IMG/VR virus record: IMGVR_UViG_3300046507_000447
Coordinates: 1,903-65,902 of that record
DNA from: a virus
Lineage: Duplodnaviria; Caudoviricetes
Length of the DNA: 64,000 bases
Strand: one strand, 5' to 3'
Part shown: one piece after another, positions 8,645 to 18,466 of the stretch
How positions within the stretch are numbered: the first letter of the stretch is position 1
Layout of the letters: the number at the start of each line of letters is the position of its first letter
The notes under the pieces: model-generated
The model's database searches: none
What the model saw: the letters and a program-made list of their open reading frames with translations, nothing else
Told to the model about the DNA's origin: nothing
Made by a program: the position numbers and the translations under genes

Positions 8645-10959
8645 CCAGATACCTCACTGCGCAGCCGTTGCTCGCCGCGCCCTTCCTCCGCGTCTGGGAG
8701 AACTATGCCGGGGGCCTGCCGCCGAAAGAGCTGCCCTACTCGCCGGAAGTCGCCGGCCGGGTGATCGGGACGCGCTTCAGCCAGAACCTCGATCTCATGG
8801 CCACGGTGAGCAATTACCGGCGCGCTGACGTCGCGGGCATCGGCAACCCTTCGACGCCGGTCGCGCAGAACGCCGCCTACTACTTCTCGCCGGATGACAA
8901 CTATGTGCTCATGGGCGGCGACGCTACGGTCCTCCCCGTGGTGCTGCCGGCCCTGTTCAAACGGCGCGGCCCCTACTACATGCCGGTTGATGTCGGAGCC
9001 CTGCCGCTGCCATCGTCTGCTGTCGTCACGCGCGCGGCGCTGTCGAAGGGCGGCACGGTGATCGCGGTCTCGACCAGCGATGCGCCGAACGACGTCAAGG
9101 TCTACCTGAAGAACGGCGCGCTCGAAACCTGGGCGCTGGCGACGACGCTGCATCCGAACACGGACTCCGGAGCGGATCTCAGCGCCAGCCCGTTGAAGAT
9201 CGCCGACGACGCAAGCTTCCTATTCGTGGTCGGCGGCTTCGGCCTGGGCTCGATGTATGTCCTGACGAGCGGCGTCTACACGGCGGCCGGCCCAACCGCG
9301 ACGACGGCCTCCTGGATCCGCGACGTGGTCAAGCGGACGAACGGCGATTGGTGGGCCTTGCTCTCCGATACCGCGCTTGGCTTCAAAGGCCCGCCGCAGG
9401 TCTGGGGCTATATCGCGGGCGTCTGGACGGCGATCGACACGACGTTGACGTTCCCTGTTGCCAACGGGGTCGAGGCGGTCTCCTCGCATTTCGCACACGG
9501 CGGCGAGATCGTCGTCTTCACCGTCGCGCGCAACACGACGTTCGGCAGCAGCGCGGACCAGGAAAAATCCCTCGGGATTATCCACGCCTACAACGGCACG
9601 GACTACACGCTGATCACGGAGTATTCGGTGATCCCAGGCGGGGCGATCTGCCTGCTGGTTGCCGAGCCGAAAGTTTCTCCTGACGGGAATTTCATCGCCG
9701 TCGGTTGCAGGCTCTCCTCCAGCGCAGGCGGGCACACGCGGCCGATCTATGTCTACCAATGCACGGGCGGCGTGGGCACGTCCACGGTGACGCTGCTCCA
9801 CACCTTCACGTCTCCCGGCGACGTCGGGCAGCAGACCTTCCAACCCTACGGCTTCTCGCCGGATAACTCTGTACTCCATGCGCAGTGGAACGGCTCGGGC
9901 GGCGCGGCCGACGGCAACTTCCATCTGAACATGGTCACGCCCTGGGCCAACAACAATCCGATGAAGGAAGCGCCTGGAGTCGATAGCAAGCTGGTAACGA
10001 TCCCGGTCTATAGTCCGCACGGGCAGGTCGCGTTCACGCTGACGCCGGGAGGTCTCGTCGCCACGGTGAAAGACGGCTCGGGAAACTATATCGACATGAC
10101 GGTCCTGGAGGGCACGTTCATCTCGCTTTGGGATCGCATCGCAGGCGGCGAGGTCGGCCAGTTTGCCGAGCGCAACTTCATCCAGCATCCGCTCAATACG
10201 GTGATCACCGATCTACTGTTTTCACCAGGCAGTCACATCTTCACTTACCACGCGGAAAGGCCTGGGGATCCTGATCAGACGGGGCTCGGCCGCTACATCT
10301 ATGACATCCACATTCCGCAGTTCATCTCCTACCGAGGGGTCATCCGGAACGCGGGCGACCTCGCTTCGCTGCTGGCCTTCCATCCGGCCGAGACGCATTT
10401 CGTCACGGTCTTCAAGAACGCGGGCGGCAACAATATCCAGTTGTCCCACTTCACGAATTCGATCTACGATTTCACCCATCTCGATACCGACGGCGTGGAA
10501 TACGGGCCGCCCGCGTTCTCGCCTTGCGAGGTCGTCATCGTGGCTCACGGCGGCGATCAGCCCTATTCCGCGTTCAATCATCTCTCGTCGCCTGATAGCC
10601 TTGTCGAGCAGACCTTGCCGATCATGGATTGGGACGAGACCTCGAACATCAACGCCGTGGTTTTCACGCCCGATTGCGACGGCCTGATCATCGTCACCGA
10701 CGACAACATCCAGATCCGGGATCCGGCAGGCGGCGGCGTGCTGGACGAGCAGCCGGCCGAAGTTCCCGATCCGCAGATCCTGCCGGATCCCGATGACCCG
10801 AGCCAGATCATCATCGCCCCGAGCAACGGCGGCGGGGGTGGCGGTGGCGGGGGTGACGGCGGCCCGAGCTGGGGAGTCGATGTGCCTTCGAAGACGGTGG
10901 ATAACCTTTCATACTTGCCATTCGTCAGCATCTCAGTGACCTTCCGGACATGGCGATAG
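8641..10959 (+). CDS. Beta-propeller virion protein, candidate receptor-binding protein
   Basis: Many FSPD/SPDG/FTPD blade-like motifs; Pro-Asp and poly-Gly linker near the C-terminus. Confidence 0.65.
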   Translation: MTRYLTAQPLLAAPFLRVWENYAGGLPPKELPYSPEVAGRVIGTRFSQNLDLMATVSNYRRADVAGIGNPSTPVAQNAAYYFSPDDNYVLMGGDATVLPVVLPALFKRRGPYYMPVDVGALPLPSSAVVTRAALSKGGTVIAVSTSDAPNDVKVYLKNGALETWALATTLHPNTDSGADLSASPLKIADDASFLFVVGGFGLGSMYVLTSGVYTAAGPTATTASWIRDVVKRTNGDWWALLSDTALGFKGPPQVWGYIAGVWTAIDTTLTFPVANGVEAVSSHFAHGGEIVVFTVARNTTFGSSADQEKSLGIIHAYNGTDYTLITEYSVIPGGAICLLVAEPKVSPDGNFIAVGCRLSSSAGGHTRPIYVYQCTGGVGTSTVTLLHTFTSPGDVGQQTFQPYGFSPDNSVLHAQWNGSGGAADGNFHLNMVTPWANNNPMKEAPGVDSKLVTIPVYSPHGQVAFTLTPGGLVATVKDGSGNYIDMTVLEGTFISLWDRIAGGEVGQFAERNFIQHPLNTVITDLLFSPGSHIFTYHAERPGDPDQTGLGRYIYDIHIPQFISYRGVIRNAGDLASLLAFHPAETHFVTVFKNAGGNNIQLSHFTNSIYDFTHLDTDGVEYGPPAFSPCEVVIVAHGGDQPYSAFNHLSSPDSLVEQTLPIMDWDETSNINAVVFTPDCDGLIIVTDDNIQIRDPAGGGVLDEQPAEVPDPQILPDPDDPSQIIIAPSNGGGGGGGGGDGGPSWGVDVPSKTVDNLSYLPFVSISVTFRTWR

Positions 10960-11005
10960 CTGTTTGATTCGGCTATGACCGAAAAAACCTCCTGGAGATC
11001 TTCCC

Positions 11006-11425
11006 ATGGCCATCGTCCATATCGATACCGACTCTTCAATCCTGCTGCTCGATACCTTCTGCGCGCGGCTTAACGGCGGCACGCTGGTCATTTACGACGG
11101 CGCGATGCCCGCCGACGTGAGCACGGCGATCACCACGCAGAAGGATCTCGCGACCTTCGATCTGGCGAGCCCCGCTTTTGCCGATGCAACCGCGACCAGC
11201 ACGGGCGCGGAAGCTCTGCTGGAGACCGTTCCGTCTGTCGTCGCTGACGATACTGGCAACGCTGTCTTCGGCCGGTTCTTCGACAACGCAGGCACGGCTC
11301 GACTGGACGCCGACTGCTCCATCGCTTCCGGATCCGGCGCGATCAAGCTGAACGCGGTCGCGGTTGCGGCGAACGTCAACCTCGCCGTGATCTCCTTCAA
11401 GTTCACCCAGCGCAAGTCCAGCTAA
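11006..11425 (+). CDS. Small virion/fibre subunit, paralogue 1
   Basis: Shares GGTL.IY.G..P....TA ... F ... G.A.F.R..D..G...D......G.G pattern with 11438 and 13316. Confidence 0.75.
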   Translation: MAIVHIDTDSSILLLDTFCARLNGGTLVIYDGAMPADVSTAITTQKDLATFDLASPAFADATATSTGAEALLETVPSVVADDTGNAVFGRFFDNAGTARLDADCSIASGSGAIKLNAVAVAANVNLAVISFKFTQRKSS

Positions 11426-11437
11426 GAGGGCAACAGA

Positions 11438-11869
11438 ATGACCACTTCCATTTCCGCCGAACGCGCCAAGGTCATGCTTGACGCCGGCAATGTCCTGGTG
11501 AACGGCGGCACGATCGAGGTCTACCAGGGCACGCGCCCTGCGACGGTCGATACCGCGATCACCTCCCAGGTTCTGCTCGGCGTCTTCACGATCGGCGCGA
11601 CGGCGTTTGCCGCTGCCACCCAGATCACGGGCTATTCCACGGCGACCGCCAACACGATCGCCCCGGTGGACGCCGACGTGACCGGCACGGCGCAGTTCTA
11701 TCGCGCCAAGAAGTCCGACGGCTCGCCCTGGGAAGACGGCAAGATCACCGACACGGCGGGCGACGGCGACATGAAGATGGCGAACGTCGCCGTGGTCGAG
11801 GACGTCGAAATGAAGATCGTCTCCTGGACTGAGTATATGCCCTACGCCGCAGACCTGCCGGCCCCTTGA
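11438..11869 (+). CDS. Small virion/fibre subunit, paralogue 2
   Basis: GGTIEVYQGTRPATVDTA ... GTAQFYR ... DGKI....GDGDM. Confidence 0.75.
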   Translation: MTTSISAERAKVMLDAGNVLVNGGTIEVYQGTRPATVDTAITSQVLLGVFTIGATAFAAATQITGYSTATANTIAPVDADVTGTAQFYRAKKSDGSPWEDGKITDTAGDGDMKMANVAVVEDVEMKIVSWTEYMPYAADLPAP

Positions 11870-11872
11870 TCC

Positions 11873-13306
11873 ATGACAACCGGAAACCCCCACCTCGCGT
11901 GCTGGACGGCGCTGGACGGAATTCTCCGTCTGTATGAGCTTGACTCGAACAACGTGTTCGTCCAGATCGCGTCGTCCAGTTGCGCGCACTCGGGATCTGT
12001 CCCGAGCCTGCCGTTCATCTCGTTCGGGGTTTCCGACACACGCCTGATCGATTACCGCAACGACAACCCTGGCGCCACGAGCGGCCAGAAATTCGAGCTG
12101 CGCGACTTCGATCTCGCGATCAAGGATGTCAAGAACTATGGCCAGAATGTCGGGACGACCGACGGCTGGTTTGTCGGCGCGGCGATGCCGGCCTTCAACG
12201 TCTTCACGGTGCTGAACAAGGCGCAGTCGGCGAACTATAATATCGTGGTCGCTGACGCCTTCGCCAATGACGGTTCGCTCCCCGTGACGACGCGGCAGAA
12301 CGCCGTCGCCTTCTCGCCGAATGCCCAGGTCGCCGCCTTCGCGAATGACCTCGGCTTGAACATCCTGAAATACAACGGGACCGGCATCAACTACGGCGAG
12401 CCGGTCTACGATCCGACCTTCTTCGATAAGGGGATCGAGTATCCCCTGTCGGCGCTTGGCTGGTCTCCGGACAGCAAGTATCTGGTCTCGGGCAAGAAGC
12501 TGACATCGGGCATCCAGATCTGGGTTCGCTCGGGCACGGACATCGGCCTTGCTTTCGAGCTGGACGAGCCGACCTCGGGTGACATGGGCGGCGTCCAGGC
12601 TATCGCGTGGCGCTTCGACGGGCGCTATGTCGCGGTCTCCTATAACAACGCAGGCGTGTTTACTACGGTCATATACTACCGTCGTGGCGATTACCTGATC
12701 AAGGGCCAGACGATCTCGAATTTCGGCAGCATGCTCAACTGGCTGGCCGACGGCTCGTACCTCCTGGACGCCGGCCAGAAGAAGGCTCAGCGTTATGACG
12801 GTGACGGGGCTATGTCCTCGGCCAACGGCATGATGACGAACCTCCAGAGCGCGGTCGGCGTGGCGGCGATCTCCGGGCAGGTCAAGAGCGCGCAGCCGCT
12901 GCCCTCGATCTACGATGTGGCCCTGAACGCCTTCACCATGCAGACCGTCCACACGGCGAACATCAAGGTCATGTTGGTCAAGGACGCGATCTACGACCAG
13001 ACGGCGACGAACCTCACTGCGCTCCTGGCGAAGGAAGTCTCGGGCAGCAACTGGCCGGCAGGCGGCAAAGTCCTTACCGGCGTCAGCTACGACGCATCCG
13101 TCGCCGGGACGGTCAAGATCAAATTCGACAACGTCACACAGATAATTACCTCGCCGACCCTTACGTTGAACGGTCTGGTCTTCTATGACGCAACCAATTC
13201 GATGCCTCTCATGTTCGTCGGCTACAGCTCGAACGTGACGATCGACTCGACCAAAACAATCAGCATCGAAGGCGCGGCCGGAAATCTGGCACGCTTCCTT
13301 GCATAG
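11873..13306 (+). CDS. Beta-propeller protein fused to a C-terminal virion/fibre-subunit domain
   Basis: WD-like AFSPN/WSPD/AWRFDG blades, then IKVMLV...EVSGSNWPAGGKVL domain. Confidence 0.65.
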   Translation: MTTGNPHLACWTALDGILRLYELDSNNVFVQIASSSCAHSGSVPSLPFISFGVSDTRLIDYRNDNPGATSGQKFELRDFDLAIKDVKNYGQNVGTTDGWFVGAAMPAFNVFTVLNKAQSANYNIVVADAFANDGSLPVTTRQNAVAFSPNAQVAAFANDLGLNILKYNGTGINYGEPVYDPTFFDKGIEYPLSALGWSPDSKYLVSGKKLTSGIQIWVRSGTDIGLAFELDEPTSGDMGGVQAIAWRFDGRYVAVSYNNAGVFTTVIYYRRGDYLIKGQTISNFGSMLNWLADGSYLLDAGQKKAQRYDGDGAMSSANGMMTNLQSAVGVAAISGQVKSAQPLPSIYDVALNAFTMQTVHTANIKVMLVKDAIYDQTATNLTALLAKEVSGSNWPAGGKVLTGVSYDASVAGTVKIKFDNVTQIITSPTLTLNGLVFYDATNSMPLMFVGYSSNVTIDSTKTISIEGAAGNLARFLA

Positions 13307-13315
13307 GGGGCCATC

Positions 13316-13741
13316 GTGACGACAAGCGTTCCTTCCGCCGAAGCTCTCGCCGTTTGCAATCGCGAGGTTGACAAGCTCGACGCCGGCAGTGGATCCGGCA
13401 CGCTGAAGATCTATGGCGGCACGCGCGCCGTCAATTCTGACACGGCCCCAGGAACGACCGCGCTGGCGACCATGACATTCGCCAAGCCGGCTTTCGGTGA
13501 CGCGGCCATGTCCGGACAGGTTGCCATCGCCACGATGAACGCCGCGCCGAACTTCACCGTCACCAATGCCGGCACAGCGACGTGGTTCCGCACCTTCGAC
13601 AGCGCGGGCAACGTGGTCTATGACGGCGATGTCACGGCGGCCTCGGGCTCGGGCGATCTGAAGCTGTCTCTGCTGGCCCTGCCGGCCGGCAAGACCATGA
13701 CGCCTGTCGCTTTGACCTTCCGCGTTCCGACCGGTTCGTAA
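13316..13741 (+). CDS. Small virion/fibre subunit, paralogue 3
   Basis: GTLKIYGGTRA..SDTA ... GTATWFRTFDS.G...DGDV....GSGDL. Confidence 0.75.
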   Translation: MTTSVPSAEALAVCNREVDKLDAGSGSGTLKIYGGTRAVNSDTAPGTTALATMTFAKPAFGDAAMSGQVAIATMNAAPNFTVTNAGTATWFRTFDSAGNVVYDGDVTAASGSGDLKLSLLALPAGKTMTPVALTFRVPTGS

Positions 13742-13752
13742 GGAGAAGATCC

Positions 13753-15540
13753 GTGGCTGGCGGCTTTAACGCAACGATCAACTTCGACACGATCCCGCGC
13801 AACTACGACCAGCAGGGCCGCGAGTGGTTGCCCATTCCTGGCTTCGGCGGCATGCCGAATTTCATCCAGAACTCCTTGACGTCTGGCGGCTATTCCATGG
13901 ACAGCCGCCCGAACCTGGGCGGTTTGAGCGTCGCGGATAACGACCTGATCGCCGGCACGCAAGACTTCGAAGTCAATGTGATTTTCTATCTGGAGGACAC
14001 TGTCAACGAGCAGATCGTCCTCGCCAATCGCGGCGGCGCGTCGGGGGATCCGGGCGGCAACGTTGATGGCCAGTTCATTATCGAGGTCTACAACAACACG
14101 TTCGTCTTTTACCTCGGCTCGACTGGCTTCGCGCAGACTGGCGGCCCGGTCCCAGGCTGGAACAACCTGCTCCTGACGCGAACCGGCACGCATTTCGTGG
14201 CCAAGAACAACGGCACGCAGTTCGCCACCTTCGACACGGCAAACAACTTCCCGTTCTCCCGCTGGACCGTCGGCCAGCTCGGCGTCGCCGTGGTCAACCT
14301 GCCGCTGCTCGGTTGGGTGGATTACTTTTCCGTCAGCGGGAACGTCCAGGTCAACGGCGCGTCCGTCTGGCCGGGTTTCCGATCGACCGGCTATATCGAC
14401 CTGTCCGACCCCGAATACCAGACGCAATCCGTCGGCCTGAAGTCGGGCATTATCGAGCTGCGGCCGAGCGACATCGCAGTCAACGCCCTGAACAGCGGCC
14501 AGTTCGCGCTCATCAAATCCCGTGCGCCGGCCGTGCGCGCCCGCATCCGGACGGACGGCAACCAGATCGAGATGAAGTCCGGTCTGCCCGCCGTGCGCGC
14601 CAAGATCCTCGGCGACGTCGTCTCGATCATCAAGTCCGGTTTGCCCGCTGTTCGCGCGCGCATCGTCGCGCAGCAGCCCCACGGCTTGACCGGCAACTCG
14701 CTGCTGCCTGCCGTGCGCGCCCGCCTCGTCGCCGCGACTCCGATCGCCGTCAACATTGAAAGCGCCCTGCCTGCCGTGCGCGCCAGCATCGCGGGCTCGG
14801 CGGCAATCGCTGCGGATATCAAGTCCGGTCTGCCTGCGGTGCGCGCGAGCGGTTATATCGCGACGCCGGCCCTAGCTATGATCGAGAGCGTGCTGCCCGC
14901 CGTGCGCGCCAGGATCGTCGGCTTGGCCGGCTACGGGATAGACGTTCATTCGGTGCTGCCAGCCGTCCAGGCGCGGATCGTCGGCGCGGCACAGATCGCC
15001 GTCAAGATCGTCTCGAACCTGCCGGCCGTGCGTGCGCAGATCATCGCGCAGTCCGTCAACATCACCGACGTCCAGTCCCGGCTCCAGGCCGTGCGGGCTC
15101 GCATCGTCGCGGGCATCACGACCCAGATCAACGGCAATGTCGAGCTGCCCGCGTTCGGCGCGAGCGGCGAGATCCTCGTCGTCAACCAGATCATCGGCGA
15201 CCTGGAGCTGCCGGGGATCAGCGGCGAGGGCATGATCATCCAGTTCATCGCCGTCAGTGGCAATGTCGAGCTTCCTGGTCTGGGCGTCGAAGGCGAGATC
15301 TCGTCCTTCATGAGCATCAATGGCGATGTCGAGCTACCTGCGTTCGGTGTGACCGGCGAGATCATGCAAATGCAGACGATCGTCGGCGAGATCGAGCTGC
15401 CGGCTTTCGGCGTGGTCGGGCTCTTGCGCGTCGGCGACCAGCCTGTCATTCACACGGGATCCCAGCCGGATCTCGCCACGGACTCTCCCGGCGTCGGCGG
15501 GGGGATCTATCTCGGAACCGACGAAATAAGGATGGGCTAA
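13753..15540 (+). CDS. Repeat-containing virion protein (lectin/LamG-like N-terminus plus two ~20-aa repeat arrays); candidate fibre scaffold
   Basis: N-terminal DF.V...GWNNLLLTR.G...GWVDYF pattern; 10 S.LPAVRA repeats then 5 G..ELP repeats. Confidence 0.7.
   Translation: MAGGFNATINFDTIPRNYDQQGREWLPIPGFGGMPNFIQNSLTSGGYSMDSRPNLGGLSVADNDLIAGTQDFEVNVIFYLEDTVNEQIVLANRGGASGDPGGNVDGQFIIEVYNNTFVFYLGSTGFAQTGGPVPGWNNLLLTRTGTHFVAKNNGTQFATFDTANNFPFSRWTVGQLGVAVVNLPLLGWVDYFSVSGNVQVNGASVWPGFRSTGYIDLSDPEYQTQSVGLKSGIIELRPSDIAVNALNSGQFALIKSRAPAVRARIRTDGNQIEMKSGLPAVRAKILGDVVSIIKSGLPAVRARIVAQQPHGLTGNSLLPAVRARLVAATPIAVNIESALPAVRASIAGSAAIAADIKSGLPAVRASGYIATPALAMIESVLPAVRARIVGLAGYGIDVHSVLPAVQARIVGAAQIAVKIVSNLPAVRAQIIAQSVNITDVQSRLQAVRARIVAGITTQINGNVELPAFGASGEILVVNQIIGDLELPGISGEGMIIQFIAVSGNVELPGLGVEGEISSFMSINGDVELPAFGVTGEIMQMQTIVGEIELPAFGVVGLLRVGDQPVIHTGSQPDLATDSPGVGGGIYLGTDEIRMG
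14512..15425 (+). repeat. Two adjacent coding tandem arrays with ~60-bp period
   Basis: 10 copies of S-x-LPAVRAR-like, followed by 5 copies of G-[ND E]-[VLI]-ELP-[AG]-[FIL]-[GS]-x2-G. Confidence 0.9.
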
Positions 15541-15821
15541 TGGCACAGACCACAAAGATCACGATCACCAACGACGCCTGGACGGCCATGCCGAAAGACG
15601 GCCCGTTCGTTTGCGTTCAACCGCAGGCCCCGATGTCGATGATTGTCCGCATTGATGACGTGGCTCCAGACGACGAGGACGTGACCGGGCTCATCATTGC
15701 CGGCGCGAACGGAGAAAACGCGCCCAGGAGCTTCTCTGCCGGCAACGTGCCCGACGGAGCAATCCTCTATGCTCGCACTAAAGATCAGGCGGATGCAGAG
15801 CTGACGGTCATCACTTACTGA
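15540..15821 (+). CDS. Small putative virion protein
   Basis: Coupled to the previous gene, beta-rich, last gene of the tail operon. Confidence 0.6.
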   Translation: MAQTTKITITNDAWTAMPKDGPFVCVQPQAPMSMIVRIDDVAPDDEDVTGLIIAGANGENAPRSFSAGNVPDGAILYARTKDQADAELTVITY

Positions 15822-16143
15822 CGCGCCCTCGTACCACGTTATAGCGGACGTTCCTGTCCATCACTTCAGCCAGCGTGCCGAAGCTGCGACGGCCCGCTTC
15901 CTGGTCCTCGTGGTTCCATTGCGACGCCATGCGGCACAGCAGCGTCCAGGCTTTCAACATCTTCGCGTTCGGTCGATCGAAGCGCATGCTCATGACGATG
16001 TCGTAGGCTTCCGCCCCGCGCGTCTTGCGGCGATTGTTCCAGGTCGTGCCACATGCGTGGGAGCAGAACCTTTTCACGAAACGCACAGAGCCACCCACGG
16101 GCTCGCGGCATTCCCAGCATCCGGCCGTCCCACGATTATTCAT
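15811..16143 (-). CDS. Zinc-finger-like protein
   Basis: CWEC...FCSHAC motif; isolated reverse-strand gene. Confidence 0.65.
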   Translation of the reverse strand: MNNRGTAGCWECREPVGGSVRFVKRFCSHACGTTWNNRRKTRGAEAYDIVMSMRFDRPNAKMLKAWTLLCRMASQWNHEDQEAGRRSFGTLAEVMDRNVRYNVVRGRVSK

Positions 16144-16252
16144 GTTGATAACTCTCTACTAACTGTTGCCTGACTTCTGTGTACTCGGAGCCGCGACTGG
16201 AAGCAATCGCCCGAATGAGCTATGCAGGTTTTATAGTTAACGGAGCGGCCAG

Positions 16253-17482
16253 ATGAACCTCACAACCCTATATGCGGCGATCGGCCAGAGCGATTTCAAG
16301 AAGTCGCTTTCGCCCGCCCAGCGCAACACGATCGAGCTGATCGTCAACCAGTGGAAAGTCTTCGGCTACCCCTCCGACAACGCCCTAGCCTATGTCCTGG
16401 CGACTGCGCAGTGGGAGACGGCCAACAAGATGGTCCCCGTGCGCGAGACCCTGGCATCCACCGACAAGAGCGCGATGGCGATCCTCGAACGCGACTTCAA
16501 GGCCGGCAAGCTGAAGTGGGTCAAGACGCCTTACTGGCGCACGGGTTACTTCGGTCGCGGTATGGTGCAGCTCACCCACGAGGACAACTACAGCGGGCCG
16601 ATCCGCGACGCCGTGATGGAGACGTTCGGCAAGGCATTCGATATCCACAAGGATCCATCGCTGCTCATCACGAACCCCGACATCTCGTGCTTTGTCCTGA
16701 TCGAGGGCATGACAAAAGGTGTCACCCTCAAGGCGGACTTCACGCCGTGGGCGTTGGAGACGTTCATCAACGACAAAAAGGTGGACTATCTCGGCGCGCG
16801 GAAGACCGTGAACCCCGGCGACAAGAGCAGCGTCACCAAGATCAAGGATCTCGCGTTGCTCTGGGAGGAGGCTATCCGGGAAGCCCGTCGTGATGACGAC
16901 GAGCAATTCCTGGGACCGGCAGGCCCCGACGTGAAGGGCCAGGGTCTCTATGACGGGCGCGTGCATTCCGAGGTTCGTGACGTCCAGGAGTTGCTCGCCA
17001 AGAAGCTCTACCCGGTCGGCCAGATCGACGGCAAGTGGGGCGACCGAACGGCAGCAGCGGTTCTCGCGTTCCGCCGCAAGAACGGACTACCACTCACCGA
17101 CGAGGACATCACCGATAAGGACTTCCTGGCGGCCCTGGCCGTGGGTGATGAGATGGAGCTTCCGACCTCCCGTACCGAGGCGACGGCGGCGGATCTGCGC
17201 GCGCAGGGGTCCAAGACGATCGCGATAGCCGATAAGCTCAAGTGGGTCGGCTCGCTCGCGATCGGCGGCGGCGGTCTGCAAGCGGTAAACTCTGGGCTCG
17301 ATACCGTCGATCAGGTGAACACCACGCTCTCGCGGGTCCACGATGTTACCGCGACGGTAGTGAAATTCCTCCAGGACAACTTCCTCTTCCTGGCGGCCGG
17401 CATCGGTGCGGTCGTGGTGTGGCAGGCGATCCGGATCACCAAGGCGAAGGTCCAGGCTCACCGTGAAGGGAAGGACGTCTAA
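16253..17482 (+). CDS. Endolysin: GH19-like domain, peptidoglycan-binding domain, C-terminal hydrophobic segments
   Basis: LAYVLATAQWET, YFGRGMVQLT..NY; VRDVQ.LL....IDGKWG.RT..AV.AF....GL. Confidence 0.85.
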   Translation: MNLTTLYAAIGQSDFKKSLSPAQRNTIELIVNQWKVFGYPSDNALAYVLATAQWETANKMVPVRETLASTDKSAMAILERDFKAGKLKWVKTPYWRTGYFGRGMVQLTHEDNYSGPIRDAVMETFGKAFDIHKDPSLLITNPDISCFVLIEGMTKGVTLKADFTPWALETFINDKKVDYLGARKTVNPGDKSSVTKIKDLALLWEEAIREARRDDDEQFLGPAGPDVKGQGLYDGRVHSEVRDVQELLAKKLYPVGQIDGKWGDRTAAAVLAFRRKNGLPLTDEDITDKDFLAALAVGDEMELPTSRTEATAADLRAQGSKTIAIADKLKWVGSLAIGGGGLQAVNSGLDTVDQVNTTLSRVHDVTATVVKFLQDNFLFLAAGIGAVVVWQAIRITKAKVQAHREGKDV

Positions 17483-17832
17483 TGCCCTTGTTCCTCACTG
17501 GACTCTGGACGTTCGTCAAGTCGCCGCTCGGGCTCGGCCTGGGCGCGGCTTTCGCTATCCTGGTTTTCGTCCAGGTCCAACGCAACGACGCGGCCGACGG
17601 TGCTGCGGCCGAGTGCAAGGCCGACGTATATCAGCAACAGCTAAAGGATCTACAGACCAAGCTCGATGCTGCCCAGGCTCTCGCCAAGACGAACCAGGAC
17701 AAGGCCGATCAAACCGAAGCGGCCCGTGCAGCGGCCCAGAAAGAAGCCGATGATCTCAAAGCGACACTTCCACCGGACGGCAATCCTCCTATCCCTCCCG
17801 CTGTTCGTCATCGGGTGCAACAGCTCAAATGA
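17482..17832 (+). CDS. Inner-membrane spanin (Rz-like)
   Basis: N-terminal TM helix plus coiled coil, after the endolysin. Confidence 0.75.
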   Translation: MPLFLTGLWTFVKSPLGLGLGAAFAILVFVQVQRNDAADGAAAECKADVYQQQLKDLQTKLDAAQALAKTNQDKADQTEAARAAAQKEADDLKATLPPDGNPPIPPAVRHRVQQLK

Positions 17833-18043
17833 CAAGCCGGCCATCGTCGCGACCGTCACGCCGATCCCCGATCTCGCTGCGACAACGGCTCTGCCTTGCC
17901 GGGATCCTGGTGTGGCTGCGAATTACGGAGACGCCCTCGTGGACACTCGTGTCTGGGGCCTTTGCGAGCGCGGCAGGCACATGGATACCGTCGCCGCATA
18001 CAAAAACGTACAGAGAACATTTGGGGGTCGGCAGGCCCCTTGA
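17750..18043 (+). CDS. Outer-membrane spanin lipoprotein (Rz1-like)
   Basis: Overlaps Rz in another frame; signal and lipobox ILLSLPLFVIGC; Pro/Cys-containing. Confidence 0.7.
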   Translation: MISKRHFHRTAILLSLPLFVIGCNSSNDKPAIVATVTPIPDLAATTALPCRDPGVAANYGDALVDTRVWGLCERGRHMDTVAAYKNVQRTFGGRQAP

Positions 18044-18184
18044 CCGGTAACGCGCACGCGCGTATCAGCAACTTGTTTTGGTGTGTACTCGCTAGATGTA
18101 GCCATTGTGCGGCAAGCCCCAACCCGTCAATTTATGGTCGCCAAGGTAGTAACTCCGATTCGGCACGGCCGAAGGTAGGTTTAA

Positions 18185-18466
18185 ATGTTCTGGGGTAGGG
18201 GCGATAGTTCCAAGCTCTCGACCGAAGAACGGGCTCTCTACGACAACCTGCGCCGGCTAGAAGAAACCGGACACATTGTCGGGACGACTCCGGATCAGAC
18301 GGCGACGGCGTTTAGCGCGATCAAGTTTTTCGGAAGCGTTACCGCCACCTCGGGGATGATCGCCGGGGCGCGGAACGTCATGTACTGGATCGGCGGCTTG
18401 GCCTTTTTCTGGTGGACTTCCAAGGATACGATCGTCGCGTTCCTGCGGCATGTGGTGCAGCCATGA
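18185..18466 (+). CDS. Putative holin-like membrane protein
   Basis: 93 aa with a C-terminal hydrophobic segment, in the lysis cluster. Confidence 0.45.
   Translation: MFWGRGDSSKLSTEERALYDNLRRLEETGHIVGTTPDQTATAFSAIKFFGSVTATSGMIAGARNVMYWIGGLAFFWWTSKDTIVAFLRHVVQP

Noticed and set aside
11036-12952. Long antisense ORFs (also 53853-55526, 57631-59283, 60975-62294, 827-2143)
   Set aside because: Shadow frames of high-GC3 genes on the other strand, with no recognisable motifs
14512-15425. ~60-bp periodic repeats as a CRISPR array or DGR template
   Set aside because: They are in frame, vary at synonymous positions and are conserved as peptide; no reverse transcriptase is present
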